A DNA stretch of 64,000 nt from Selaginella moellendorffii (Eukaryota; Plantae; Lycopodiophyta). The stretch spans positions 363,327-427,326 of the forward strand of contig NW_003314364.1 of the NCBI RefSeq assembly GCF_000143415.4, read 5' to 3'. The notes below the pieces were generated by a model, which did no database searches, was not told the DNA's origin, and saw only the letters and a list, made by a program, of their open reading frames with translations. Shown here piece by piece: positions 11,068 to 21,356 of this stretch. Position numbers and translations under genes: made by a program. Position 1 is the first letter of the stretch, and each line of letters opens with the position of its first letter.

Positions 11068-13485
11068 ATGGCCGTGGCCAAGAGGGGAGGAGGAGGAGGA
11101 GGAGGAGCGGCGGCGGCGGCAGGGCAAGAGGACGAATCCACGACGCTGGCATCTGCGATTGGCAATGGTGAGGATCTGGGCACTTTGATCCGCGCGGCAT
11201 TCGAGATTGGACGGCCGGAGGCCCTGCTCCAGCAGCTCAAGGGCTTCGTCAAGAGCAAGGAGGGCGAGATCGAGGAGCTGTGCCGGGTGCACTACGAGGA
11301 GTTTATCCGCGCGGTGGACGAGCTGCGCAACGTGCTCGTCGACGCCGAGGAGCTCAAGAAGCGCCTCGCCGACGACAATGCGCAGATGCAAGAGGTGGGG
11401 AGATCGCTGCTGAGCTGCCTCGAGGAGCTCATCCAGTGGCACGCCACCCGTGCCAACGTGGCGGCCGCGGTGGAGGCGCTCCTCCACTGCAGCGGCGCCT
11501 TGGAGGCGTGCAGCCGCGTCAACTCTCACGTCGAGCGCGACGAGCTCTACCCGGCGCTCAAGGCAGTGGACTGCGTGGAGCGCGACTACTTGCAGCAGCG
11601 CAAGATGCCCGCCACCGCGCTGGCCAGCGCGCTGGAGCAGCACATCCCGCGCTTCCGGGGCTACGTGGAAAAGAAGGTGAGCGCCGAGTTTAGCGACTGG
11701 CTGGTGGACATCCGCGGGGTGGCACGGGACATCGGGCAGCTGTCCATGGGTGCCGCCTCAAGCGCTCGGCAGCGGGAGGAGGAGATGCGGGGGCGGCAGC
11801 GGCAGGCCGAGGAGCAGAGCCGCTGGGGTGGTGGCGGCGGAGGTGACCAGGAGCTGCAGTCGTCGTGCTACGTGCTGCTGGTGGACGCGAGTGGCGAGGA
11901 AGAGGAGGAAGCCGAGGTGGCCAAGCGCTTACAACTGACGCCCGTGTACCGTGCGCACTACATCCACGAGTGCCTGGGCCTGGGCGCTCACTTCCGTGCC
12001 TACTATCTTGACAACCGGCGTCTCCAGCTCCAGTCTGACCTCCATCTCCCGCCGGGGCCCTTCCTCGAGTGCCACCAGTCGCTCTTTGCCCAGATGGCGG
12101 GCTTCTTCATCGTTGAGGAGCGGGTGGCGCGCACCGCCGGCGGCCTGGTGGATGCCTTGGCGGTGGAGTCGCTGTGGGACACGGCGGTGACGCGCATGGC
12201 GTCGCTGGTGGAGGAGCAGCTGATGCGAATGCCAGGGGCCAACCACATTCTGCTGGTGGTGGACAACGCCAGCCTGCTGGCGGCGACACTGCGCGGCTAT
12301 GGCTACAACGTGGCGCCGCTGCTCGAGGCGCTGGACCGGTGCCGCGAGCGCTACCACGAGCTGCTGCTGGCGGAGCGGCGGGCCTCGGTGCACGACGTCC
12401 TCGCCAACGACAAGTTCGAACAGATGCTGCTGCGCAAGGAGTACGAGTATGGTATGCACGTAACCGCGTTTGGACTGCAGGCCAGCGACGCCACCCCGGC
12501 GTTCCCGTACGTGGCGCCCTTCTCCGCCAGCGTCCCCAACCTGTGCCGCATCGTTCGCTCCTTCACGGACGACTCGGTCAGCTTCCTGTCACACGCCGGC
12601 GGCGCGACCGACTACTACGACGCGGTCCGCCAGTACACGGACCGACTGCTGTCGACGAGCGTGGCGGAGGCGCTGCTCCGCCTGGTACGCAGCCCGACGC
12701 TGGGCATGTCCCAGGCCATGCAGCTGGCCGCCAACCTCACCGTGCTGGAGCGCGCATGCGACTTCTTCGCGGCGCACATTGCTCGCAGCTGCGGCGTGCC
12801 GCCGCGCCTGGCCGCCCCGCTGCAGTCGCGGGCGGTGCTCCGCAGCTCCCAGGCGGCGGCGCAGGAGCGGATGCTGGAGCTTGTCAACTCCAAGATCGAC
12901 GACTTCATGCTGCTGACGGCGCACATCGACTGGACGCCCGACGACGCGCCCGACCACGGCAACGCCTACCTCAACGAGGTGCTCATCTACCTGGAGACGC
13001 TCACGCCCAGCGCGCAGGCCATCCTGCCTCCGCACGCCTTCGACCGCTGGATCCGCGGAGTCCTCACGCACGTGTCCGACTGCATCGTCGCCACCTTTGT
13101 GTCGGACGACGTGCGCCGCTTCAACGTGCACTCGGTCATGGGCGTCGACGCCGACCTGCGGGTGCTCGAGTCGTTTGCGCACGAGCGCTTCGTCTCCACG
13201 CCGCAGCTGCAGGGGCTGGGTGGCGGCGCCGATCTCAAGAGCTGCCTGGCGGAGGCGAGGCAGCTCGTCAACCTGCTGCTGTCCAACCAGCCCGACCTCT
13301 TCCTCAACCCCGTGATCCGGGAGAGGAGCTACCCGGCGCTCGACTTCAAGAAGGTGATGGTGGTGGCGGAGAAGTACAAGGACCTGCCGGATCGCCTCTT
13401 CCGCGGTGTTGTTGGAGGGAGTAAGCCGGTAAGCAAGAGGAAGGCATTTGAGACGCTGGTGAAGCGGCTCAAGGAGTTTGTATAA
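11068..13485 (+). CDS. SEC15: Exocyst complex component SEC15 (intronless, SEC15B-like)
   Basis: 805-aa ORF: AIGNGEDLG...[63 protein letters not shown]. Confidence 0.95.
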   Translation: MAVAKRGGGGGGGAAAAAGQEDESTTLASAIGNGEDLGTLIRAAFEIGRPEALLQQLKGFVKSKEGEIEELCRVHYEEFIRAVDELRNVLVDAEELKKRLADDNAQMQEVGRSLLSCLEELIQWHATRANVAAAVEALLHCSGALEACSRVNSHVERDELYPALKAVDCVERDYLQQRKMPATALASALEQHIPRFRGYVEKKVSAEFSDWLVDIRGVARDIGQLSMGAASSARQREEEMRGRQRQAEEQSRWGGGGGGDQELQSSCYVLLVDASGEEEEEAEVAKRLQLTPVYRAHYIHECLGLGAHFRAYYLDNRRLQLQSDLHLPPGPFLECHQSLFAQMAGFFIVEERVARTAGGLVDALAVESLWDTAVTRMASLVEEQLMRMPGANHILLVVDNASLLAATLRGYGYNVAPLLEALDRCRERYHELLLAERRASVHDVLANDKFEQMLLRKEYEYGMHVTAFGLQASDATPAFPYVAPFSASVPNLCRIVRSFTDDSVSFLSHAGGATDYYDAVRQYTDRLLSTSVAEALLRLVRSPTLGMSQAMQLAANLTVLERACDFFAAHIARSCGVPPRLAAPLQSRAVLRSSQAAAQERMLELVNSKIDDFMLLTAHIDWTPDDAPDHGNAYLNEVLIYLETLTPSAQAILPPHAFDRWIRGVLTHVSDCIVATFVSDDVRRFNVHSVMGVDADLRVLESFAHERFVSTPQLQGLGGGADLKSCLAEARQLVNLLLSNQPDLFLNPVIRERSYPALDFKKVMVVAEKYKDLPDRLFRGVVGGSKPVSKRKAFETLVKRLKEFV

Positions 13486-13531
13486 CAACCAAGAAGAAAA
13501 AACCGAGATACCGATTGCTACCCGGCAGTAG

Positions 13532-14174
13532 TCAGTGAACTTTCTTCTTCGTGTCCGGCCCCGTCACCGCGGCCTGCTGCTGTGCCGTCAAGGACACCTT
13601 GTTCACTTCGTACACGAAGAGGAGCGAGAAGATGAAGCTGCGTTGAGAGGGAGCGGAGTGAGCAATCTCTTTCTCTTTAGAGACAAGGAGAGGATGGCTC
13701 CTTACCATGTGGTGATGCACACTCTATGTACCGCCCCGGCAGCAACGCAAGCGATGAGCTCCGCCGCAAGCACTGCACGCACACACCGCAAGAGTTTCAG
13801 CCTTTCCTCCACACCAAAACCTTCGTTTTCTACTCACCAGCACCCCATCCGGTTCGGCTGCCCAGTAACTCCTGGAGGTTGCCAATCATCTGCAGGGAGA
13901 GATCGGGGAGATCGCAATCAGCCTACACGCGAAACCACTCGAGACTCACAGTGAGCGCGAGGAGGAAGAGGAGCGAGCTGATGAATCCGCCCAGGATGGT
14001 GTAGAGCTCCGACGACGCCAGCGTCTTCTTGTTCATCTGCTGCAAGGACAGCGTGACAACAAAGACGAGAAATGCGTAGAGCATCGAATTGGGCGGGCTG
14101 GTGCCGCTGCTGCGCTTGCTCTTGCCCTTGTGATCTCCGGCCGGAGCGGCGGCGGCACCAGTGGCGGCAGCCAT
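13532..14174 (-). CDS. KRTCAP2: Keratinocyte-associated protein 2 (KCP2) homologue, oligosaccharyltransferase accessory subunit; 4 exons
   Basis: LASSELYTILGGFISSLLFLLALT / IGNLQE..GWGA / AELIACVAAGAVHRVCITT / FIFS..YEVNKVS joined by GT-AG introns. Confidence 0.88.
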
Positions 14175-14267
14175 CGCGCGGTGAGAGAGAAGAGAGGAAT
14201 ATTGACTTGTGCCCTACCTATACTTTTTACCTAGGGCATTGCTTGCTCGCTGCTGGGAGCGAGGGAC

Positions 14268-15688
14268 ATGGGAGGGCGCGACACATCTCTAGGGCAAGAG
14301 CTCTTCCTCTACGCCGTCAGCGCCGCCTTGAGCTGCCTGGTCCTCTTCGTTGGGGTGCGCCATCTCGACCCAAATCGCTACCAGGCCAAGAAAGCCGCCG
14401 AGCGCAAGAAGGAGATTGCCAAGCGCCTGGGCCGCTCACTGGTGCAAACCAACAGCTATGAGGTACTACTCCCTGTTTCCCTGCATTGCTTGCTTGCTCC
14501 TAGTGAAATCGCGAGTGTCTCAACTCTAGGACATGATCGCCTGTGATGTGATCAACCCCGAGGACATTGACGTAACCTTCGACTCCATTGGCGGCCTCGA
14601 GGACGTCAAGAGCTCGCTGTTCGAGCTCGTCATCCTCCCTCTCCAGCGCCCGGAGCTGTTTGCTCATGGCAAGCTGCTGGGACCTCAGAAGGGAGTGCTG
14701 CTCTACGGGCCTCCCGGCACCGGCAAGACGTTGCTGGCCAAGGCGATTGCCAAGGAGTCGCGAGCCGTCTTCATCAACGTCCGGATTGCCACTCTCATGT
14801 CCAAGTGGTTCGGAGACGCTCAGAAGCTCGGTAAACCTCTCCTCCTCTCCTCGCTTTCTTCGGCTGCTTGCCGCCAACCGCGTTTCACTTGACTCTTGTT
14901 GGTGCAGTCACCGCCGTCTTCTCTCTCGCGTACAAGCTGCAGCCATCCATCATTTTCATCGACGAGGTTGACAGCTTTCTGGGGCAGAGGCGTGCGACGG
15001 AGCACGAATCCATGACTCACATGAAGACGGAGTTCATGGCACTCTGGGACGGCTTCACAACTGACCGTAAGTATGCCGTGGTTGGAAGCCGAAACGGATG
15101 AAGAAGCTCCTGAGCTGTGTTGTGTGTGCAGAGAGTGCCAGGGTCATGGTTCTCGCCGCCACCAACAGGCCATGGGAGCTCGACGAAGCCATCCTCCGCC
15201 GGCTTCCCCGCGCGTTCGAGGTGGGCATGCCGGATGCGAGGCAGCGTGCCAGCATTCTGCGGGTCATTCTCAAAGATGAGGCGGTGGAGGACGAGGTGAA
15301 CATCGACTATCTGGCGAGCCTGACCGAGAACTACAGTGGCTCCGACTTGACGGAGCTGTGCAAGCAGGCCGCCTATCTTCCCATAAGGGACCTGCTGGAG
15401 AAGGAGAAGAACGGGCACTCGAGCGAGCAACAGGTGACTGAGCTCTCCTCCCATAGCTTGATTGATCTCATCTGTGTGGATTGGTGGCAGACGGCCAGGC
15501 CTCTCAAGCAGAGCGACTTCGAGACGGTGCTGCAAAACGCTCGCAGTTCCAAGGACGCTGCGTACGACTACCAAAACCGGCGGCAGTTTGAGCAGCAGCA
15601 GCAGCCGCAGGAGGTGTCCATCACTGACGTTCTGCAGCTCTTGGCGGCGTTTGGTGCCGCTGGCAACAGCCGAGGCCGTTCCAGCTGA
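14268..15688 (+). CDS. AAA+ ATPase, Msp1/ATAD1 family (membrane dislocase)
   Basis: N-terminal hydrophobic anchor, Walker A GPPGTGKT, Walker B IIFIDEVD, MKTEFMALWDG, VLAATNRP.LDEAILRR. Confidence 0.9.
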
Positions 15689-15903
15689 ACAAACAAGGCC
15701 ATAAATTCTTCCGGCTTTTTCACATTTTGGCGAGAGCGAGAGCGTGGAAGAGGCGATACAGGTATTACGTCGATGCCTTGGCTTGCTTCTGGCATGGGCG
15801 CAGACAAGAAACGGCACTTAGGTAGCTATAGCCGCGCTTGTACCGTTTGTACGTGTAAAATCGATGCAAACCATGCCCTAAGTTAAAGAGTACAGCGAGC
15901 GAG

Positions 15904-17997
15904 ATGAGCTTGGCGGAGGTGTACGCTTGTATGCCCAGTGTGGAGCGTGGGCGGGGAATTCTCGTGGATGGCGATGCCAGATCGAGCTGGATCATCTACT
16001 GCAATGGTCGCAGCGTCGTGATTCGCAGCCTGGTGCAGCCCCTGCTCGTGGATGTCTACTGCCAGCACGCGTACCCGGTGAGTGTGGCCAGGATCTCGCC
16101 GAACGCGCAATGGATAGCCTCGGCGGACGTGTCCGGCATTGTCAGGATCTGGGGCGCCACCGGGGATCACATACTCAGGCACGAGTACACCGCTCTCTCG
16201 GGGCGCATCGATGACTTGCAATGGTCACACGATGGCCAGCGCATTGTTGTGTGCGGCGACGGCAAAGGGAAGTCATTCGTCCGAGCGTTCAGGTGAGTGC
16301 CGTGGCTGGCTGGGCTTTGTTTCTGGATGGGATGGATTCCTACAACCATGATGTCTCTATAGCTGGGACACGGGCACCAGCATTGGAGACTTCGAGGGCA
16401 GCTCCAAGCGCGTCTTGAGCTGCGCATTCAAGCCCACGCGGCCGTTCCGGATCGCCACCGGCGGGGAAGACTTCGTTGTCAACTTCTACGAGGGTCCGCC
16501 TTTCAAGTTCACTGCCTCTCACAGGTATGGTTTCGTTTCTCTGCTTTTCGTTTGCGGCACGTTGATACGAGCTTTGCCAACCAAGAGATCATACCAACTT
16601 CGTCAACTGTGTGCGCTTTGCTCCCGACGGCACCAAGTTCGTCACGGCTGGATCCGACAAGAAGCTCATCGTGTTCGACGGGAAGACGGGTAGCAGAACT
16701 GGCCTCGTCTCGTCCTCGTCCGATGGGCATACAGGCAGCATTTACGCTGTGAGCTGGAACGCAAGCAGCAGCCAAGTAAGACTACCTCGGTGCCGTGTTA
16801 CCTCTCTAAGTCTTTTGCCCAGGTGGTGACAGTATCCGCGGACAAAACCGCTAAGCTGTGGAGCATAGCGGGAGATGGATCCGGCGGGAGCCTGGAGGCA
16901 ACTTTCTGCTCGTCAGACGTGCAACTCGGCTGTCTTTGGCTCAACGATTCCATCGTCACCTTCTCCCTGGATGGCAGGATGAACGTTTTGTCAGCAACCG
17001 GAGACCTGACGGCACCAGACAAGGTGCTCTCCGGACACTCCAAGAGCATCACGGCTGTTTCCGCATCGGGCACGGACATTTACTCGAGCAGCTACGACGG
17101 GGTCATTGTCAAGTGGAGACTTGGAGAGGGCTTTGTAGCTCGCCTCGACGGCAATGGCTTCTCCTCCAGTGTCTCCGGCTTGAGAGCTGTTGCTGGGAGT
17201 GAGGATACATTTGTGGCATGCGGGCAAACCAAGGTATGGTATGCCACCTTTACTCGGTACTCTAACCGAGCTTTTGGATCTCACAGCTCTCAAGAATTGT
17301 GGGAGGGACCGAGAGCACGATTGATCTGGGAGCAGCTTGCGTCGGGTTCTCGATTGCTCCCTGCAGAGATGGTGAGGTGGTGCTGGCCTGCACAGAGCAA
17401 GAGCTGATCCTGCTCAGAGACTTTGCTGTCGTCTCCCGGCTATCACTTCGTTTTACAGCTACTGCTGTTGCAGTCTCCCCAGACGCGAAAGCTGCCGTAG
17501 TTGGGGACAAAGATGGCAAGCTGCACCTGTTCTCGCTCGGTGAGGACGGACTGCACCAGGAAGCCTTGCTCGAACGTCATCGTGCATCTGTCACGGCACT
17601 CGAGTTCTCCCCGGATGGCACGATGTTCGCTTCGGGTGATCAAAACCGGGAAGCTTTTGTGTGGGACGCAGTCAAGAGAGAGGTACCTCCCTTTGCATTT
17701 TGCTTTCTCTACTTTACTCACAAGTCTGCGGTTGATGTTCCACTGCAGGTCAAGCTGAAAAACATGCTCTATCACACCACGAGCATCCAGTGCATTGCGT
17801 GGGCTGTGGACAGCTCCAAGGTTGCGACTGGGGGTGTAGACGGTTGCATCTATGTTTACTACGTGGACCGGCCTGCTTCAGCGCGGATATCTATCAGAGG
17901 AGCTCATCCGGGCGGTGTGAGCGGCCTGGCCTTCGCAGACGTTAGCGAGCTTGTTAGTGGCGGGCAAGATGCATTTCTCCGGGTGTGGAAGTCCTAG
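15904..17997 (+). CDS. AIP1: Actin-interacting protein 1 (WD40 repeat)
   Basis: [15 protein letters not shown] start, [28 protein letters not shown]; multiple WD40 repeats; short GT-AG introns. Confidence 0.92.
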
Positions 17998-18110
17998 AGC
18001 TTGTTGTGTTTGTGTTTGTGTTTGTGTTTCTGGCTTTAAGTTGACACCATGATTGCTCAAAATGGTGGTTTTCTAAAGCCATGGCCGCCATGGAACTATG
18101 GAACTAGAGT

Positions 18111-18156
18111 TACGTGATAATCCAATCATTCATTCGTGGGCATGAGGACGTGGCAG
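18111..18156 (+). promoter_or_regulatory. Candidate light-responsive elements upstream of PRK (ACGT/GATAA, CCAAT, ACGTGGC G-box-like)
   Basis: TACGTGATAATCCAATC and GACGTGGCA lie ~190-230 bp upstream of the ATG of a Calvin-cycle gene; short motifs only. Confidence 0.4.
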
Positions 18157-18340
18157 GCCATCTGCTGAGCACCACACAATCTTCCCTCCACTGCTGAGAG
18201 AGGAGGGGCTTGGCTTAGTGCACGCTTGCTCGGGCCTAGCTTCGCCACCAGGGGCCATCGCTGCCCTCTGCGCTCGACGCACTGTGGCTTGATTACTCGC
18301 TTACACTCCGCATTGGAGTGTTTTGTTTGATCGATCGACC

Positions 18341-19865
18341 ATGGCAGCGGCTTGCAGCAGCAGCGGCAGCAGCAGCCGAATTGGGTGGTTCCAGGCTAGC
18401 TCCAGTAGCAGCAACATCGGCATACTGCAGCACCACCCGTGGAGAGGATCGCATGCCTCTTCATTGTTTTCCTTCCCCAAGCTCGGAGCCCGGATTGGCA
18501 GCAGCGGCGGCGGCAGTGGCAGCAGCGGCAGCAGCAGCAGCAGGGTGAGAGTCCTGGTTTGTTGTGCGGCTGGTGGCGATGGCAAGACGATTGTGATTGG
18601 TCTGGCAGCAGACTCTGGGTGCGGCAAGAGCACATTCATGAGGCGGCTGACGAGCGTGTTTGGGGGAGCAGCGTCGCCTCCTAAAGGTGGGAATCCCGAC
18701 TCCAACACGCTCATCAGCGACACCACCACGGTCATCTGCCTGGACGACTACCACTCGCTGGACAGGACGGGCAGGAAGGAGAAAGGGGTGACGGCGCTGG
18801 ATCCGAAGGCCAACAATTTCGATCTTATGTACGAGCAGGTCAAGGCACTCAAGGAAGGCAAAGCTGTCCAGAAGCCCATCTACAACCACGTATCGGGGTT
18901 GCTTGACCCTCCGGAACTCATCCAGTCACCCAAGATCCTTGTCATTGAAGGTCTCCACCCCATGTAAGTAAGCTTTAACTTGAAAGACTAAGTTGACGCG
19001 CCAACATGACGGTCTTGTTGTGTTTCCAAGGTTCGATTCTAGAGTGAGAGAGCTCCTCGACTTCAGTATATACCTTGATATCAGCGATGCTGTCAAGTTT
19101 GCTTGGAAGATCCAGGTGAGTGGGTGCAAACATAAGTCTTTGTATTGAAACTCTTTGGCAGCGAGATATGGCCGAGAGGGGACACAGCCTGGAGAGCATC
19201 AAGGCCAGCATTGCTGCCCGCAAGCCCGACTTTGATGCTTACATAGGTGACCAGTTGATTTGCTTTCAAGATATGTATATCAAGCTGCGGTGTTGAAACA
19301 GACACACAGAAGCAGTACGCAGACGTGGTGATTCAAGTGCTTCCCACGCAGCTCATTCCAGACGACAACGAAGGCAAAGTCCTTCGCGTTCGGATGATCA
19401 TGAAAGAGGGCGTTGACAACTTTGAGCCCGTCTACCTGTTTGACGAAGGCTCCACAATCTCGTGGATACCTTGCGGGAGGAAGCTCACGTGTTCTTACCC
19501 GGGGATTAAGTTCTTCTACGGCCCAGACATTTACTATGACAACGAGGTGAGTTTGATTGCTCACTGCGCTTTGAACAGTGGCGAACCATTACTGTGCAAT
19601 GCAGGTGTCAGTGCTGGAGATGGATGGACAGTTTGACAAACTGGACGAGCTCATCTACGTGGAAAGCCACCTGAGCAACATCTCGACCCGCTTCTACGGG
19701 GAGATCACGCAGCAAATGCTCAAGCACGCCGACTTCCCGGGCAGCAACAACGGCACGGGCTTGTTCCAGACCATTGTGGGCCTCAAGATCAGAGATGTGT
19801 TTGAGCGCATCACCTCCAAGCAAGGCTCCCCCGTTGGGGCGGCAGCAGCCACCTCCAAGGTCTAA
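18341..19865 (+). CDS. PRK: Phosphoribulokinase, chloroplastic
   Basis: Ser-rich transit peptide; IVIGLAADSGCGKSTFMRR, ICLDDYHSLDR, LEMDGQFDKLDELIYVESHL, FPGSNNGTGLFQT. Confidence 0.97.
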
Positions 19866-19992
19866 TTATTGCTGTATCGTATCACGTTATCTTCTTACGA
19901 TAAAGATGACATAGATAAATATATAATAGACCAGACCCTGTTTCCAAGTGTTTCCAAGTGTTTCCACGTAGAGCGAGAAGAGGGCGGTGATT

Positions 19993-21177
19993 ATGGGCGA
20001 TGTCCAAGAGCAGGAGAACCTGGGCGCCTGGCTGGTGGCGGCCAACACAATTCGCGTGGAGCCGTTTAAGCTGCCCCCGACTGGCAGCGATGAAGTTAAG
20101 GTCCAGATGAAGGCGGTCGGTATCTGTGGCAGCGATGTCCACTACTACCGGGTAAGCTTGATTGTGAACTTGATCTCGTGGATTCCTCATCTTTGCTTGA
20201 TGTAGCACCTCCGTTGCGCGGATTTCGTGGTGACAGAGCCGATGGTGATCGGGCACGAGTGCGCGGGGCTGGTTGTGGAGGTGGGCAGTAATGTGAAGCA
20301 TCTCAAGGTTGGGGACCGCGTGGCGCTGGAGCCCGGCGTCTCGTGTAGCCACTGCACACACTGCAAGACCGGCTCCTACAACCTCTGCCCCGAGATGAAG
20401 TTCTTCGCCACGCCCCCCATCCATGGATCGCTCGCAAACTACGTAAGTACTCGTGTCTATGGAACTATGGAACTCACTTTGTGATGGAACTCACAGGTGG
20501 TCCATCCGGCGGAGCTGTGCTTCAAGCTGCCGGATGGCGTGTCCGTGGAGGAGGGCGCCATGTGTGAGCCGCTGAGCGTGGGTGTCCACGGGTGCCGGAG
20601 GGCGGGCATCGTCCCAGGCGTCCGGCTCCTCGTGCTGGGTGCCGGACCCATCGGCCTGGTGACAATGCTGGCGGCCAGAGCCTTCGGCGCCACACGGATT
20701 GTGGTCACGGACGTGGACGCGTCTCGCCTGGCGGTGGCTGCGCAGCTGGGAGCGCCGGACGTGAGCACGGTGCTGGTGTCGACCAAGACCGAGGACGTGG
20801 AGGCGGAGGTGCGAGAGATCCAGGGCGTGGCGGGGGGAGAGGTGGACGTGGCCATGGACTGCGTGGGGGTGGGCAAGACGATGCTGACGGCGCTGCGAGC
20901 GAGCAAGGCGGGGGGCAAGGTGTGCCTCATCGGCATGGGGCACACCGAGATGACGCTGCCGCTCACGGGCGCGGCGGCGGCGCGAGAGGTGGACGTGGTG
21001 GGCGTTTTTCGTTACCGCAACACGTACCCGCTGTGCATCCAGCTGCTCGAGTCCAAGCGCATCGATGTCAAGCCGCTCATCACGCACCGCTTTGGATTCT
21101 CGCAGCAGGAGGTTGTGGAGGCGTTTGAGACGAGTGCCAAAGGTGGCAGCGCCATCAAGGTCATGTTCAACCTCTAG
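19993..21177 (+). CDS. SDH: Sorbitol dehydrogenase / L-idonate 5-dehydrogenase (zinc MDR family); 3 exons
   Basis: [15 protein letters not shown], structural-zinc C-x2-C-x2-C-x7-[25 protein letters not shown]. Confidence 0.93.
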
Positions 21178-21356
21178 ATCCTCGTAGTAGCTACCCTGTT
21201 ACATCTATGGTTCTATGGTTCTATCGTTCCCTTGTGAAACGAATTGGGCATTGTGCTCTTGCCGCGCTAGGTAGCGCTTAAGCGAGAGGAGAGAGACAGA
21301 ATAGAGCCTAGTTTTAGGGCAAGGGCACATTGTTTGGAGGAGGAGGAGGAGAGATC

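Noticed and set aside
11050-13488. Overlapping and antisense ORFs of 150-416 aa over SEC15 (similar ones over SDH)
   Set aside because: Expected shadows of high-GC3 coding sequence; no recognisable domains.
18341-21177. PRK plus sorbitol dehydrogenase as a metabolic gene cluster
   Set aside because: Different compartments and pathways; adjacency is explained by general gene density.
18089-21222. Recurrent (TATGGAAC)2 / (TATGGTTC)2 doublets at ~18090, ~20458 and ~21206
   Set aside because: Too short and inconsistently placed (intergenic, intron, 3'UTR) to support a function.
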